Assembly: GCA_964057225.1 (NCBI GenBank)
Contig: CAXKVF010000076.1
Span: 186,001 to 250,000 of the forward strand
Reading direction: 5' to 3'
From: Auanema rhodensis
Lineage: Eukaryota; Animalia; Nematoda
Length of the DNA stretch: 64,000 nucleotides
The position numbers were made by a program, and so were the translations under genes. Of this stretch, positions 24,612-38,200 are shown piece after piece. The notes beneath the pieces were generated by a model. That model was given only the letters and a program-made list of their open reading frames with translations, was not told the DNA's origin and ran no database searches. Numbering within the stretch: position 1 is the stretch's first letter; each line of letters begins with the position of its first letter.

Positions 24612-25683
24612 AGGATGTTTGGCTGGGCAGATTGGACGGGGAATTAGGCAAAGTAGATGTATTTCTAACAATGTTAGCAGTAGGATCTGGAACAGATTTA
24701 GCTCGGCGAGAAGGGTTTTTTCTTCTTCTTTGGCTGCTACATCTTTCTTTGTTTATTGGAGCGGGCTGTCCCTTAGTTATAGGCCGGCCTCTTCTACCAG
24801 ATTTAGACGGGGGACTAGAATCAAGGTCATGCGTAAAAATAGGCATGTCAGACATTGGAGCAATGCATGAATTGGTAGTTTCAGAGTCCAAGCCTGTAGG
24901 GGAAACAACATATTTAGCACTGGATGTGTCTTTTGGGGCAGTGCCTGTGTTGGTGAGTCTACGAGGTACTTTTATAAGCTTTAGATCTCGAACAAGAAAA
25001 ATGAATTCAGTGTCGTCAGAGTTTTTGCTTTTGGCTTCGTCACGAAGCCGTTTTTCTAGTTCCACCTCAAAGGGTAGATAATCACGACGAACAAATGTTT
25101 TGGATAGTGAGTTGGAAATTTTAGGTTTGTGAGATCTTATAGCTGCTATAACAGTATCTCGAATACTGACCGAAGGACACGTTATGATAAGTGGACCAGG
25201 GGACCCTGATTTGAGGGTGCAGCGAGTAACGAATATGTGATTGGAATTGAGTAAAGAAATAAGACTAGTATCACTGCAGCTATCAAAAACAAGTTTGAGA
25301 AGAGAACGGGCATCGCTAGGCAGATCAGGTGACGTGACTGGAACCCGGAACCAGAGAGCTCTCAAGGAACGGTGAGCAAATTTAGATTCTTCTAACCTAA
25401 TTTTATTCACTTCAGTTATAACAGTATTTGAACACGGAAGTGTAGGCAATATGCAAGCACTTTCGTTACCCATGAAAGCAGTGAACTTATTTTCTAAAGC
25501 GTTGAGTCTTGAGTTGAACTCAGTTTCAATTACTTTCAAACGAGATTCATGCAATGCGATACAGTTTTTGATACTATGCAGGTCGCTTTTGATTTCTAGA
25601 GAAAAACTTGAGAAAGTGGAATGAAGAGATTCCGTGAGAGATTTCAGAGAAGCAGTAAGAAACTCGGGAGTGACTGTAGACAT
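24604..25683 (-). CDS. LINE 1 ORF1 (359 aa), putative nucleic-acid-binding/chaperone protein with N-terminal coiled coil and S/P/R-rich tail
   Basis: ATG at 25683 (MSTVTPEFL). The extra 81 residues in the ORF track are translated T-rich UTR. Clearly homologous to ORF1 of element 2 (LWF.VP, PGP..I.CPS..IRDT.I..IR.HK, KTFVRRDY.PFE.ELE..L, VR..K..KV, terminal SFR). Confidence 0.88.
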   Translation of the reverse strand: MSTVTPEFLTASLKSLTESLHSTFSSFSLEIKSDLHSIKNCIALHESRLKVIETEFNSRLNALENKFTAFMGNESACILPTLPCSNTVITEVNKIRLEESKFAHRSLRALWFRVPVTSPDLPSDARSLLKLVFDSCSDTSLISLLNSNHIFVTRCTLKSGSPGPLIITCPSVSIRDTVIAAIRSHKPKISNSLSKTFVRRDYLPFEVELEKRLRDEAKSKNSDDTEFIFLVRDLKLIKVPRRLTNTGTAPKDTSSAKYVVSPTGLDSETTNSCIAPMSDMPIFTHDLDSSPPSKSGRRGRPITKGQPAPINKERCSSQRRRKNPSRRAKSVPDPTANIVRNTSTLPNSPSNLPSQTSFR

Positions 25684-25689
25684 AATGAC

Positions 25690-25900
25690 AGAGCGTAAAA
25701 AGTAAGGAAAGAAAAAATAAAGATAAAGGAAATGATAAAAAGAAGAAAAATAAAAAGAAGAAAGAAAGGAAAAAAGAAGATATAGAGAGGATATGAAAAA
25801 GAAAAGAAAGAGAAGAGAGAGAAAAATGAAAGAAAAAAAGAAAAAGGAAATAAATGAATACGGAAAAAAAGAAAAAGAAAAAAGAAGAAAAAAGTACCTT
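25690..25900 (-). repeat. Low-complexity pyrimidine (U)-rich tract in LINE 1 5' UTR
   Basis: Plus strand is almost entirely A/G runs (AAAAGAAAGAAGAAAAA…). Confidence 0.8.
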
Positions 25901-25981
25901 ACTAAAACCAATCCGGCGTAAAACAAGAGTAGACTTCGGTTGCGGCGGGGTTGGAGCAGTAGGGAGACAACCGACCACGAG

Positions 25982-26264
25982 GAGTCGAAAATGTAGTGTG
26001 AGTCGAAAATGATGTAGTGTGAGTCGAAAATGATGTAGTGTGAGTCGAAAATGATGTAGTGTGAGTCGAAAATGATGTAGTGTGAGTCGAAAATGATGTA
26101 GTGTGAGTCGAAAATGTTGTAGTGTGAGTCGAAAATGATGTAGTGTGAGTCGAAAATGATGTAGTGTGAGTCGAAAATGATGTAGTGTGAGTCGAAAATG
26201 ATGTAGTGTGAGTCGAAAATGATGTAGTGTGAGTCGAAAATGATGTAGTGTGAGTCGAAAATGA
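25982..26264 (-). repeat. 21-bp tandem repeat at the 5' end of LINE 1 (sense unit TCATTTTCGACTCACACTACA)
   Basis: 12 full units (26000-26251, one with a single substitution) plus an 18-bp unit (25982-25999) and a 13-bp partial (26252-26264). It lies inside the target-site duplication, so it belongs to the element. Confidence 0.97.
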
Positions 26265-26274
26265 ATTAAAAAAA

Positions 26275-29200
26275 ATAAATTAAAGTTCACGTAAATTTCA
26301 AAGTCATGGTTACCATGAACCAATATCAATACAAATTTGTTTTTAGACTAATATGGACATGGGGAATCTAATTTTGAAAACCGCATCTCTTTATCTTTCA
26401 CGTGAAGCGAGTTACATACCAAGTGCACATCACGTGTACATTTAATTAGCATAAATTAAAGTTCACGTAAATTTCAAAGTCATGGTTACCATGCACCAAT
26501 ATCAATAAAAATTTGTTTTTAGACTAATATGGACATGGGGAATCTAATTTTGAAAACCGCATCTCTTTATCTTTCACGTGAAGCGAGTTACATACCAAGT
26601 GCACATCACGTGTACATTTAATTAGCATAAATTAAAGTTCACGTAAATTTCAAAGTCATGGTTACCATGCACCAATATCAATAAAAATTTGTTTTTAGAC
26701 TAATATGGACATGGGGAATCTAATTTTGTAAACCGCATCTCTTTATCTTTCACGTGAAGCGAGTTACATACCAAGTACACATCACGTGTACATTTAATTA
26801 GCATAAATTAAAGTTCACGTAAATTTCAAAGTCATGGTTACCATGCACCAATATCAATAAAAATTTGTTTTTAGACTAATATGGACATGGGGAATCTAAT
26901 TTTGAAAACCGCATCTCTTTATCTTTCACGTGAAGCGAGTTACATACCAAGTGCACATCACGTGTACATTTAATTAGCATAAATTAAAGTTCACGTAAAT
27001 TTCAAAGTCATGGTTACCATGAACTAATATCAATACAAATTTGTTTTTAGACTAATATGGACATGGGGAATCTAATTTTGAAAACCGCATCTCTTTATCT
27101 TTCACTTGAAGCGAGTTACATACCAAGTGCACATCACGTGTACATTTAATTAGCATAAATTAAAGTTCACGTAAAATTCAAAGTCATGGTTACCATGAAC
27201 CAATATCAATAAAAATTTGTTTTTAGACTAATATGGACATGGGGAATCTAATTTTGAAAACCGCATCTCTTTATCTTTCACTTGAAGCGAGTTACATACC
27301 AAGTGCACATCACGTGTACATTTAATTAGCATAAATTAAAGTTCACGTAAATTTCAAAGTCATGGTTACCATGAACCAATATCAATAAAAATTTGTTTTT
27401 AGACTAATATGGACATGGGGAATCTAATTTTGAAAACCGCATCTCTTTATCTTTCACGTGAAGCGAGTTACATACCAAGTGCACATCACGTGTACATTTA
27501 ATTAGCATAAATTAAAGTTCACGTAAATTTCAAAGTCATGGTTACCATGCACCAATATCAATAAAAATTTGTTTTTAGACTAATATGGACATGGGGAATC
27601 TAATTTTGAAAACCGCATCTCTTTATCTTTCACGTGAAGCGAGTTACATACCAAGTGCACATCACGTGTACATTTAATTAGCATAAATTAAAGTTCACGT
27701 AAATTTCAAAGTCATGGTTACCATGAACCAATATCAATAAAAATTTGTTTTTAGACTAATATGGACATGGGGAATCTAATTTTGAAAACCGCATCTCTTT
27801 ATCTTTCACGTGAAGCGAGTTACATACCAAGTACACATCACGTGTACATTTAATTAGCATAAATTAAAGTTCACGTAAATTTCAAAGTCATGGTTACCAT
27901 GCACCAATATCAATAAAAATTTGTTTTTAGACTAATATGGACATGGGGAATCTAATTTTGAAAACCGCATCTCTTTATCTTTCACGTGAAGCGAGTTACA
28001 TACCAAGTACACATCACGTGTACATTTAATTAGCATAAATTAAAGTTCACGTAAATTTCAAAGTCATGGTTACCATGCACCAATATCAATAAAAATTTGT
28101 TTTTAGACTAATATGGACATGGGGAATCTAATTTTGAAAACCGCATCTCTTTATCTTTCACGTGAAGCGAGTTACATACCAAGTGCACATCACGTGTACA
28201 TTTAATTAGCATAAATTAAAGTTCACGTAAATTTCAAAGTCATGGTTACCATGAACCAATATCAATACAAATTTGTTTTTAGACTAATATGGACATGGGG
28301 AATCTAATTTTGAAAACCGCATCTCTTTATCTTTCACGTGAAGCGAGTTACATACCAAGTGCACATCACGTGTACATTTAATTAGCATAAATTAAAGTTC
28401 ACGTAAATTTCAAAGTCATGGTTACCATGCACCAATATCAATAAAAATTTGTTTTTAGACTAATATGGACATGGGGAATCTAATTTTGAAAACCGCATCT
28501 CTTTATCTTTCACGTGAAGCGAGTTACATACCAAGTGCACATCACGTGTACATTTAATTAGCATAAATTAAAGTTCACGTAAATTTCAAAGTCATGGTTA
28601 CCATGAAGCAATATCAATAAAAATTTGTTTTTAGACTAATATGGACATGGGGGATCTAATTTTGAAAACCGCATCTCTTTATCTTTCACGTGAAGCGAGT
28701 TACATACCAAGTGCACATCACGTGTACATTTAATTAGCATAAATTAAAGTTCACGTAAATTTCAAAGTCATGGTTACCATGCACCAATATCAATAAAAAT
28801 TTGTTTTTAGACTAATATGGACATGGGGAATCTAATTTTGAAAACCGCATCTCTTTATCTTTCACTTGAAGCGAGTTACATACCAAGTGCACATCACGTG
28901 TACATTTAATTAGCATAAATTAAAGTTCACGTAAATTTCAAAGTCATGGTTACCATGCACCAATATCAATAAAAATTTGTTTTTAGACTAATATGGACAT
29001 GGGCAATCTAATTTTGAAAACCGTATCTCTTTATCTTTCACGTGAAGCGAGTTACATACCAAGTGCACATCACGTGTACATTTAATTAGCATAAATTAAA
29101 GTTCACGTAAATTTCAAAGTCACGGTTACCATGCACCAATATCAATAAAAATTTGTTTTTAGACTAATATGGACATGGGGAATCTAATTTTGAAAACCGC

Positions 29201-32200
29201 ATCTCTTTATCTTTCACGTGAACCGAGTTACATACCAAGTGCACATCACGTGTACATTTAATTAGCATAAATTAAAGTTCACGTAAATTTCAAAGTCATG
29301 GTTACCATGCACCAATATCAATAAAAATTTGTTTTTAGACTAATATGGACATGGGGAATCTAATTTTGAAAACCGCATCTCTTTATCTTTCACGTGAAGC
29401 GAGTTACATACCAAGTGCACATCACGTGTACATTTAATTAGCATAAATTAAAGTTCACGTAAATTTCAAAGTCATGGTTACCATGCACCAATATCAATAA
29501 AAATTTGTTTTTAGACTAATATGGACATGGGGAATCTAATTTTGAAAACCGCATCTCTTTATCTTTCACGTGAAGCGAGTTACATACCAAGTGCACATCA
29601 CGTGTACATTTAATTAGCATAAATTAAAGTTCACGTAAATTTCAAAGTCATGGTTACCATGAACCAATATCAATAAAAATTTGTTTTTAGACTAATATGG
29701 ACATGGGGAATCTAATTTTGAAAACCGCATCTCTTTATCTTTCACGTGAAGCGAGTTACATACCAAGTGCACATCACGTGTACATTTAATTAGCATAAAT
29801 TAAAGTTCACGTAAATTTCAAAGTCATGGTTACCATGCACCAATATCAATAAAAATTTGTTTTTAGACTAATATGGACATGGGGAATCTAATTTTGAAAA
29901 CCGCATCTCTTTATCTTTCACGTGAAGCGAGTTACATACCAAGTTCACATCACGTGTACATTTAATTAGCATAAATTAAAGTTCACGTAAATTTCAAAGT
30001 CATGGTTACCATGAACCAATATCAATTAAAATTTGTTTTTAGACTAATATGGACATGGGCAATCTAATTTTGAAAACCGTATCTCTTTATCTTTCACGTG
30101 AAGCGAGTTACATACCAAGTGCACATCACGTGTACATTTAATTAGCATAAATTAAAGTTCACGTAAATTTCAAAGTCACGGTTACCATGCACCAATATCA
30201 ATAAAAATTTGTTTTTAGACTAATATGGACATGGGGAATCTAATTTTGAAAACCGCATCTCTTTATCTTTCACGTGAAGCGAGTTACATACCAAGTGCAC
30301 ATCACGTGTACATTTAATTAGCATAAATTAAAGTTCACGTAAATTTCAAAGTCATGGTTACCATGAACCAATATCAATAAAAATTTGTTTTTAGACTAAT
30401 ATGGACATGGGGAATCTAATTTTGAAAACCGCATCTCTTTATCTTTCACGGAAGCGAGTTACATACCAAGTGCACATCACGTGTACATTTAATTAGCATA
30501 AATTAAAGTTCACGTAAATTTCAAAGTCATGGTTACCATGAACCAATATCAATAAAAATTTGTTTTTAGACTAATATGGACATGGGGAATCTAATTTTGA
30601 AAACCGCATCTCTTTATCTTTCACGTGAAGCGAGTTACATACCAAGTGCACATCACGTGTACATTTAATTAGCATAAATTAAAGTTCACGTAAATTTCAA
30701 AGTCATGGTTACCATGAACCAATATCAATAAAAATTTGTTTTTAGACTAATATGGACATGGGGAATCTAATTTTGAAAACCGCATCTCTTTATCTTTCAC
30801 GTGAAGCGAGTTACATACCAAGTGCACATCACGTGTACATTTAATTAGCATAAATTAAAGTTCACGTAAATTTCAAAGTCATGGTTACCATGAACCAATA
30901 TCAATAAAAATTTATTTTTAGACTAATATGGACATGGGGAATCTAATTTTGAAAACCGCATCTCTTTATCTTTCACGTGAAGCGAGTTACATACCAAGTG
31001 CACATCACGTGTACATTTAATTAGCATAAATTAAAGTTCACGTAAATTTCAAAGTCGTGGTTACCATGCACCAATATCAATAAAAATTCGTTTTTAGACT
31101 AATATGGACATGGGGAATCTAATTTTGAAAACCGCATCTCTTTATCTTTCACGTGAAGCGAGTTACATACCAAGTGCACATCACGTGTACATTTAATTAG
31201 CATAAATTAAAGTTCACGTAAATTTCAAAGTCATGGTTACCATGCACCAATATCAATAAAAATTTGTTTTTAGACTAATATGGACATGGGGAATCTAATT
31301 TTGAAAACCGCATCTCTTTATCTTTCACGTGAAGCGAGTTACATACCAAGTTCACATCACGTGTACATTTAATTAGCATAAATTAAAGTTCACGTAAATT
31401 TCAAAGTCATGGTTACCATGAACCAATATCAATTAAAATTTGTTTTTAGACTAATATGGACATGGGCAATCTAATTTTGAAAACCGTATCTCTTTATCTT
31501 TCACGTGAAGCGAGTTACATACCAAGTGCACATCACGTGTACATTTAATTAGCATAAATTAAAGTTCACGTAAATTTCAAAGTCACGGTTACCATGCACC
31601 AATATCAATAAAAATTTGTTTTTAGACTAATATGGACATGGGGGATCTAATTTTGAAAACCGCATCTCTTTATCTTTCACGTGAAGCGAGTTACATACCA
31701 AGTGCACATCACGTGTACATTTAATTAGCATAAATTAAAGTTCACGTAAATTTCAAAGTCATGGTTACCATGCACCAATATCAATAAAAATTTGTTTTTA
31801 GACTAATATGGACATGGGGAATCTAATTTTGAAAACCGCATCTCTTTATCTTTCACGTGAAGCGAGTTACATACCAAGTGCACATCACGTGTACATTTAA
31901 TTAGCATAAATTAAAGTTCACGTAAATTTCAAAGTCATGGTTACCATGCACCAATATCAATAAAAATTTGTTTTTAGACTAATATGGACATGGGGAATCT
32001 AATTTTGAAAACCGCATCTCTTTATCTTTCACGTGAACCGAGTTACATACCAAGTGCACATCACGTGTACATTTAATTAGCATAAATTAAAGTTCACGTA
32101 AATTTCAAAGTCATGGTTACCATGCACCAATATCAATAAAAATTTGTTTTTAGACTAATATGGACATGGGGAATCTAATTTTGAAAACCGCATCTCTTTA

Positions 32201-35200
32201 TCTTTCACGTGAAGCGAGTTACATACCAAGTGCACATCACGTGTACATTTAATTAGCATAAATTAAAGTTCACGTAAATTTCAAAGTCATGGTTACCATG
32301 CACCAATATCAATAAAAATTTGTTTTTAGACTAATATGGACATGGGGAATCTAATTTTGAAAACCGCATCTCTTTATCTTTCACGTGAAGCGAGTTACAT
32401 ACCAAGTGCACATCACGTGTACATTTAATTAGCATAAATTAAAGTTCACGTAAATTTCAAAGTCATGGTTACCATGAACCAATATCAATAAAAATTTGTT
32501 TTTAGACTAATATGGACATGGGGAATCTAATTTTGAAAACCGCATCTCTTTATCTTTCACGTGAAGCGAGTTACATACCAAGTGCACATCACGTGTACAT
32601 TTAATTAGCATAAATTAAAGTTCACGTAAATTTCAAAGTCATGGTTACCATGAACCAATATCAATAAAAATTTGTTTTTAGACTAATATGGACATGGGGA
32701 ATCTAATTTTGAAAACCGCATCTCTTTATCTTTCACGTGAAGCGAGTTACATACCAAGTGCACATCACGTGTACATTTAATTAGCATAAATTAAAGTTCA
32801 CGTAAATTTCAAAGTCGTGATTACCATGCACCAATATTAATAAAAATTCGTTTTTAGACTAATATGGACATGGGGAATCTAATTTTGAAAACCGCATCTC
32901 TTTATCTTTCACGTGAAGCGAGTTACATACCAAGTGCACATCACGTGTACATTTAATTAGCATAAATTAAAGTTCACGTAAATTTCAAAGTCATGGTTAC
33001 CATGAACCAATATCAATAAAAATTTGTTTTTAGACTAATATGGACATGGGGAATCTAATTTTGAAAACCGCATCTCTTTATCTTTCACGTGAAGCGAGTT
33101 ACATACCAAGTGCACATCACGTGTACATTTAATTAGCATAAATTAAAGTTCACGTAAATTTCAAAGTCATGGTTACCATGAACCAATATCAATAAAAATT
33201 TGTTTTTAGACTAATATGGACATGGGGAATCTAATTTTGAAAACCGCATCTCTTTATCTTTCACGTGAAGCGAGTTACATACCAAGTGCACATCACGTGT
33301 ACATTTAATTAGCATAAATTAAAGTTCACGTAAATTTCAAAGTCATGGTTACCATGCACCAATATCAATAAAAATTTGTTTTTAGACTAATATGGACATG
33401 GGGAATCTAATTTTGAAAACCGCATCTCTTTATCTTTCACGTGAAGCGAGTTACATACCAAGTTCACATCACGTGTACATTTAATTAGCATAAATTAAAG
33501 TTCACGTAAATTTCAAAGTCATGGTTACCATGAACCAATATCAATTAAAATTTGTTTTTAGACTAATATGGACATGGGCAATCTAATTTTGAAAACCGCA
33601 TCTCTTTATCTTTCACGTGAAGCGAGTTACATACCAAGTGCACATCACGTGTACATTTAATTAGCATAAATTAAAGTTCACGTAAATTTCAAAGTCATGG
33701 TTACCATGCACCAATATCAATAAAAATTTGTTTTTAGACTAATATGGACATGGGGAATCTAATTTTGAAAACCGCATCTCTTTATCTTTCACGTGAAGCG
33801 AGTTACATACCAAGTGCACATCACGTGTACATTTAATTAGCATAAATTAAAGTTCACGTAAATTTCAAAGTCATGGTTACCATGAACCAATATCAATAAA
33901 AATTTGTTTTTAGACTAATATGGACATGGGGAATCTAATTTTGAAAACCGCATCTCTTTATCTTTCACGTGAAGCGAGTTACATACCAAGTGCACATCAC
34001 GTGTACATTTAATTAGCATAAATTAAAGTTCACGTAAATTTCAAAGTCATGGTTACCATGCACCAATATCAATAAAAATTTGTTTTTAGACTAATATGGA
34101 CATGGGGAATCTAATTTTGAAAACCGCATCTCTTTATCTTTCACGTGAAGCGAGTTACATACCAAGTTCACATCACGTGTACATTTAATTAGCATAAATT
34201 AAAGTTCACGTAAATTTCAAAGTCATGGTTACCATGAACCAATATCAATTAAAATTTGTTTTTAGACTAATATGGACATGGGCAATCTAATTTTGAAAAC
34301 CGTATCTCTTTATCTTTCACGTGAAGCGAGTTACATACCAAGTGCACATCACGTGTACATTTAATTAGCATAAATTAAAGTTCACGTAAATTTCAAAGTC
34401 ACGGTTACCATGCACCAATATCAATAAAAATTTGTTTTTAGACTAATATGGACATGGGGAATCTAATTTTGAAAACCGCATCTCTTTATCTTTCACGTGA
34501 AGCGAGTTACATACCAAGTGCACATCACGTGTACATTTAATTAGCATAAATTAAAGTTCACGTAAATTTCAAAGTCATGGTTACCATGAACCAATATCAA
34601 TAAAAATTTGTTTTTAGACTAATATGGACATGGGGAATCTAATTTTGAAAACCGCATCTCTTTATCTTTCACGTGAAGCGAGTTACATACCAAGTGCACA
34701 TCACGTGTACATTTAATTAGCATAAATTAAAGTTCACGTAAATTTCAAAGTCATGGTTACCATGAACCAATATCAATAAAAATTTGTTTTTAGACTAATA
34801 TGGACATGGGGAATCTAATTTTGAAAACCGCATCTCTTTATCTTTCACGTGAAGCGAGTTACATACCAAGTGCACATCACGTGTACATTTAATTAGCATA
34901 AATTAAAGTTCACGTAAATTTCAAAGTCATGGTTACCATGAACCAATATTAATAAAAATTTGTTTTTAGACTAATATGGACATGGGGAATCTAATTTTGA
35001 AAACCGCATCTCTTTATCTTTCACGTGAAGCGAGTTACATACCAAGTGCACATCACGTGTACATTTAATTAGCATAAATTAAAGTTCACGTAAATTTCAA
35101 AGTCATGGTTACCATGAACCAATATCAATAAAAATTTATTTTTAGACTAATATGGACATGGGGAATCTAATTTTGAAAACCGCATCTCTTTATCTTTCAC

Positions 35201-38200
35201 GTGAAGCGAGTTACATACCAAGTGCACATCACGTGTACATTTAATTAGCATAAATTAAAGTTCACGTAAATTTCAAAGTCGTGGTTACCATGCACCAATA
35301 TCAATAAAAATTCGTTTTTAGACTAATATGGACATGGGGAATCTAATTTTGAAAACCGCATCTCTTTATCTTTCACGTGAAGCGAGTTACATACCAAGTG
35401 CACATCACGTGTACATTTAATTAGCATAAATTAAAGTTCACGTAAATTTCAAAGTCATGGTTACCATGCACCAATATCAATAAAAATTTGTTTTTAGACT
35501 AATATGGACATGGGGAATCTAATTTTGAAAACCGCATCTCTTTATCTTTCACGTGAAGCGAGTTACATACCAAGTTCACATCACGTGTACATTTAATTAG
35601 CATAAATTAAAGTTCACGTAAATTTCAAAGTCATGGTTACCATGAACCAATATCAATTAAAATTTGTTTTTAGACTAATATGGACATGGGCAATCTAATT
35701 TTGAAAACCGTATCTCTTTATCTTTCACGTGAAGCGAGTTACATACCAAGTGCACATCACGTGTACATTTAATTAGCATAAATTAAAGTTCACGTAAATT
35801 TCAAAGTCACGGTTACCATGCACCAATATCAATAAAAATTTGTTTTTAGACTAATATGGACATGGGGGATCTAATTTTGAAAACCGCATCTCTTTATCTT
35901 TCACGTGAAGCGAGTTACATACCAAGTGCACATCACGTGTACATTTAATTAGCATAAATTAAAGTTCACGTAAATTTCAAAGTCATGGTTACCATGCACC
36001 AATATCAATAAAAATTTGTTTTTAGACTAATATGGACATGGGGAATCTAATTTTGAAAACCGCATCTCTTTATCTTTCACGTGAAGCGAGTTACATACCA
36101 AGTGCACATCACGTGTACATTTAATTAGCATAAATTAAAGTTCACGTAAATTTCAAAGTCATGGTTACCATGCACCAATATCAATAAAAATTTGTTTTTA
36201 GACTAATATGGACATGGGGAATCTAATTTTGAAAACCGCATCTCTTTATCTTTCACGTGAAGCGAGTTACATACCAAGTGCACATCACGTGTACATTTAA
36301 TTAGCATAAATTAAAGTTCACGTAAATTTCAAAGTCATGGTTACCATGAACCAATATCAATAAAAATTTGTTTTTAGACTAATATGGACATGGGGAATCT
36401 AATTTTGAAAACCGCATCTCTTTATCTTTCACGTGAAGCGAGTTACATACCAAGTGCACATCACGTGTACATTTAATTAGCATAAATTAAAGTTCACGTA
36501 AATTTCAAAGTCATGGTTACCATGAACCAATATCAATAAAAATTTGTTTTTAGACTAATATGGACATGGGGAATCTAATTTTGAAAACCGCATCTCTTTA
36601 TCTTTCACGTGAAGCGAGTTACATACCAAGTGCACATCACGTGTACATTTAATTAGCATAAATTAAAGTTCACGTAAATTTCAAAGTCGTGATTACCATG
36701 CACCAATATCAATAAAAATTCGTTTTTAGACTAATATGGACATGGGGAATCTAATTTTGAAAACCGCATCTCTTTATCTTTCACGTGAAGCGAGTTACAT
36801 ACCAAGTGCACATCACGTGTACATTTAATTAGCATAAATTAAAGTTCACGTAAATTTCAAAGTCATGGTTACCATGAACCAATATCAATAAAAATTTGTT
36901 TTTAGACTAATATGGACATGGGGAATCTAATTTTGAAAACCGCATCTCTTTATCTTTCACGTGAAGCGAGTTACATACCAAGTGCACATCACGTGTACAT
37001 TTAATTAGCATAAATTAAAGTTCACGTAAATTTCAAAGTCATGGTTACCATGAACCAATATCAATAAAAATTTGTTTTTAGACTAATATGGACATGGGGA
37101 ATCTAATTTTGAAAACCGCATCTCTTTATCTTTCACGTGAAGCGAGTTACATACCAAGTGCACATCACGTGTACATTTAATTAGCATAAATTAAAGTTCA
37201 CGTAAATTTCAAAGTCGTGGTTACCATGCACCAATATCAATAAAAATTCGTTTTTAGACTAATATGGACATGGGGAATCTAATTTTGAAAACCGCATCTC
37301 TTTATCTTTCACGTGAAGCGAGTTACATACCAAGTGCACATCACGTGTACATTTAATTAGCATAAATTAAAGTTCACGTAAATTTCAAAGTCATGGTTAC
37401 CATGAACCAATATCAATTAAAATTTGTTTTTAGACTAATATGGACATGGGCAATCTAATTTTGAAAACCGTATCTCTTTATCTTTCACGTGAAGCGAGTT
37501 ACATACCAAGTGCACATCACGTGTACATTTAATTAGCATAAATTAAAGTTCACGTAAATTTCAAAGTCACGGTTACCATGCACCAATATCAATAAAAATT
37601 TGTTTTTAGACTAATATGGACATGGGGAATCTAATTTTGAAAACCGTATCTCTTCATCTTTCACGTGAAGCGAGTTACATACCAAGTGCACATCACGTGT
37701 ACATTTAATTAGCATAAATTAAAGTTCACGTAAATTTCAAAGTCATGGTTACCATGAACCAATATCAATAAAAATTTGTTTTTAGACTAATATGGACATG
37801 GGCAATCTAATTTTGAAAACCGCATCTCTTTATCTTTCACGTGAAGCGAGTTACATACCAAGTGCACATCACGTGTACATTTAATTAGCATAAATTAAAG
37901 TTCACGTAAATTTCAAAGTCATGGTTACCATGCACCAATATCAATAAAAATTTGTTTTTAGACTAATATGGACATGAGGAATCTAATTTTTAAAACCGCA
38001 TCTCTTTATCTTTCACGTGAAGCGAGTTACATACCAAGTGCACATCACGTGTACATTTAATTAGCATAAATTAAAGTTCACGTAAATTTCAAAGTCATGG
38101 TTACCATGCACCAATATCAATAAAAATTTGTTTTTAGACTAATATGGACATGAGGAATCTAATTTTGAAAACCGCATCTCTTTATCTTTCACGTGAAGCG

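Larger units (their letters stand above)
21273..26274 (-). mobile_element. Non-LTR retrotransposon (LINE) 1, apparently full length (~5.0 kb), APE-RT type, CR1/L2-group-like
   Basis: Interrupts a satellite monomer. Flanked by the duplication ATAAATTA (21265-21272 and 26275-26282). Has an (AATA)7 3' tail, two uninterrupted ORFs and a ~590-bp 5' UTR with tandem repeats. No RNase H or C-terminal CCHC is visible. Clade assignment is by motif resemblance, not phylogeny. Confidence 0.95.

Noticed and set aside
24612-24671. TTG at 24671 (and TTG at 58152) as true ORF2 starts
   Set aside because: The positions are not equivalent in the two elements, and the 58152 start would omit the conserved NARS endonuclease motif. 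Non-AUG initiation is not formally excluded.
23051-25081. Short alternative-frame and antisense ORFs overlapping LINE 1 ORFs (likewise 55600-59303 in LINE 2)
   Set aside because: Shadow ORFs with no recognisable motifs and no evident conservation between the elements.
25684-25926. Hydrophobic 81-aa N-terminal extension of LINE 1 ORF1 (looks like a membrane segment)
   Set aside because: It is translated low-complexity U-rich UTR from a non-AUG start. Homology with the other ORF1 begins near the ATG at 25683.
25982-26264. 21-bp repeats as a CRISPR array
   Set aside because: The units are head-to-tail with no unique spacers, there are no cas genes, and the context is a eukaryotic LINE.
25574-26329. 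251-aa ORF with (HHFRLTL)n and poly-Phe
   Set aside because: It is a by-product of a stop-free 21-bp repeat and a T-rich UTR, and it starts in satellite outside the element.
30445-30455. Single-base deletions in monomers (~30450, ~54348)
   Set aside because: Isolated 1-bp indels cannot be told apart from consensus errors. The 30450 deletion is absent from its 24-mer duplicate.
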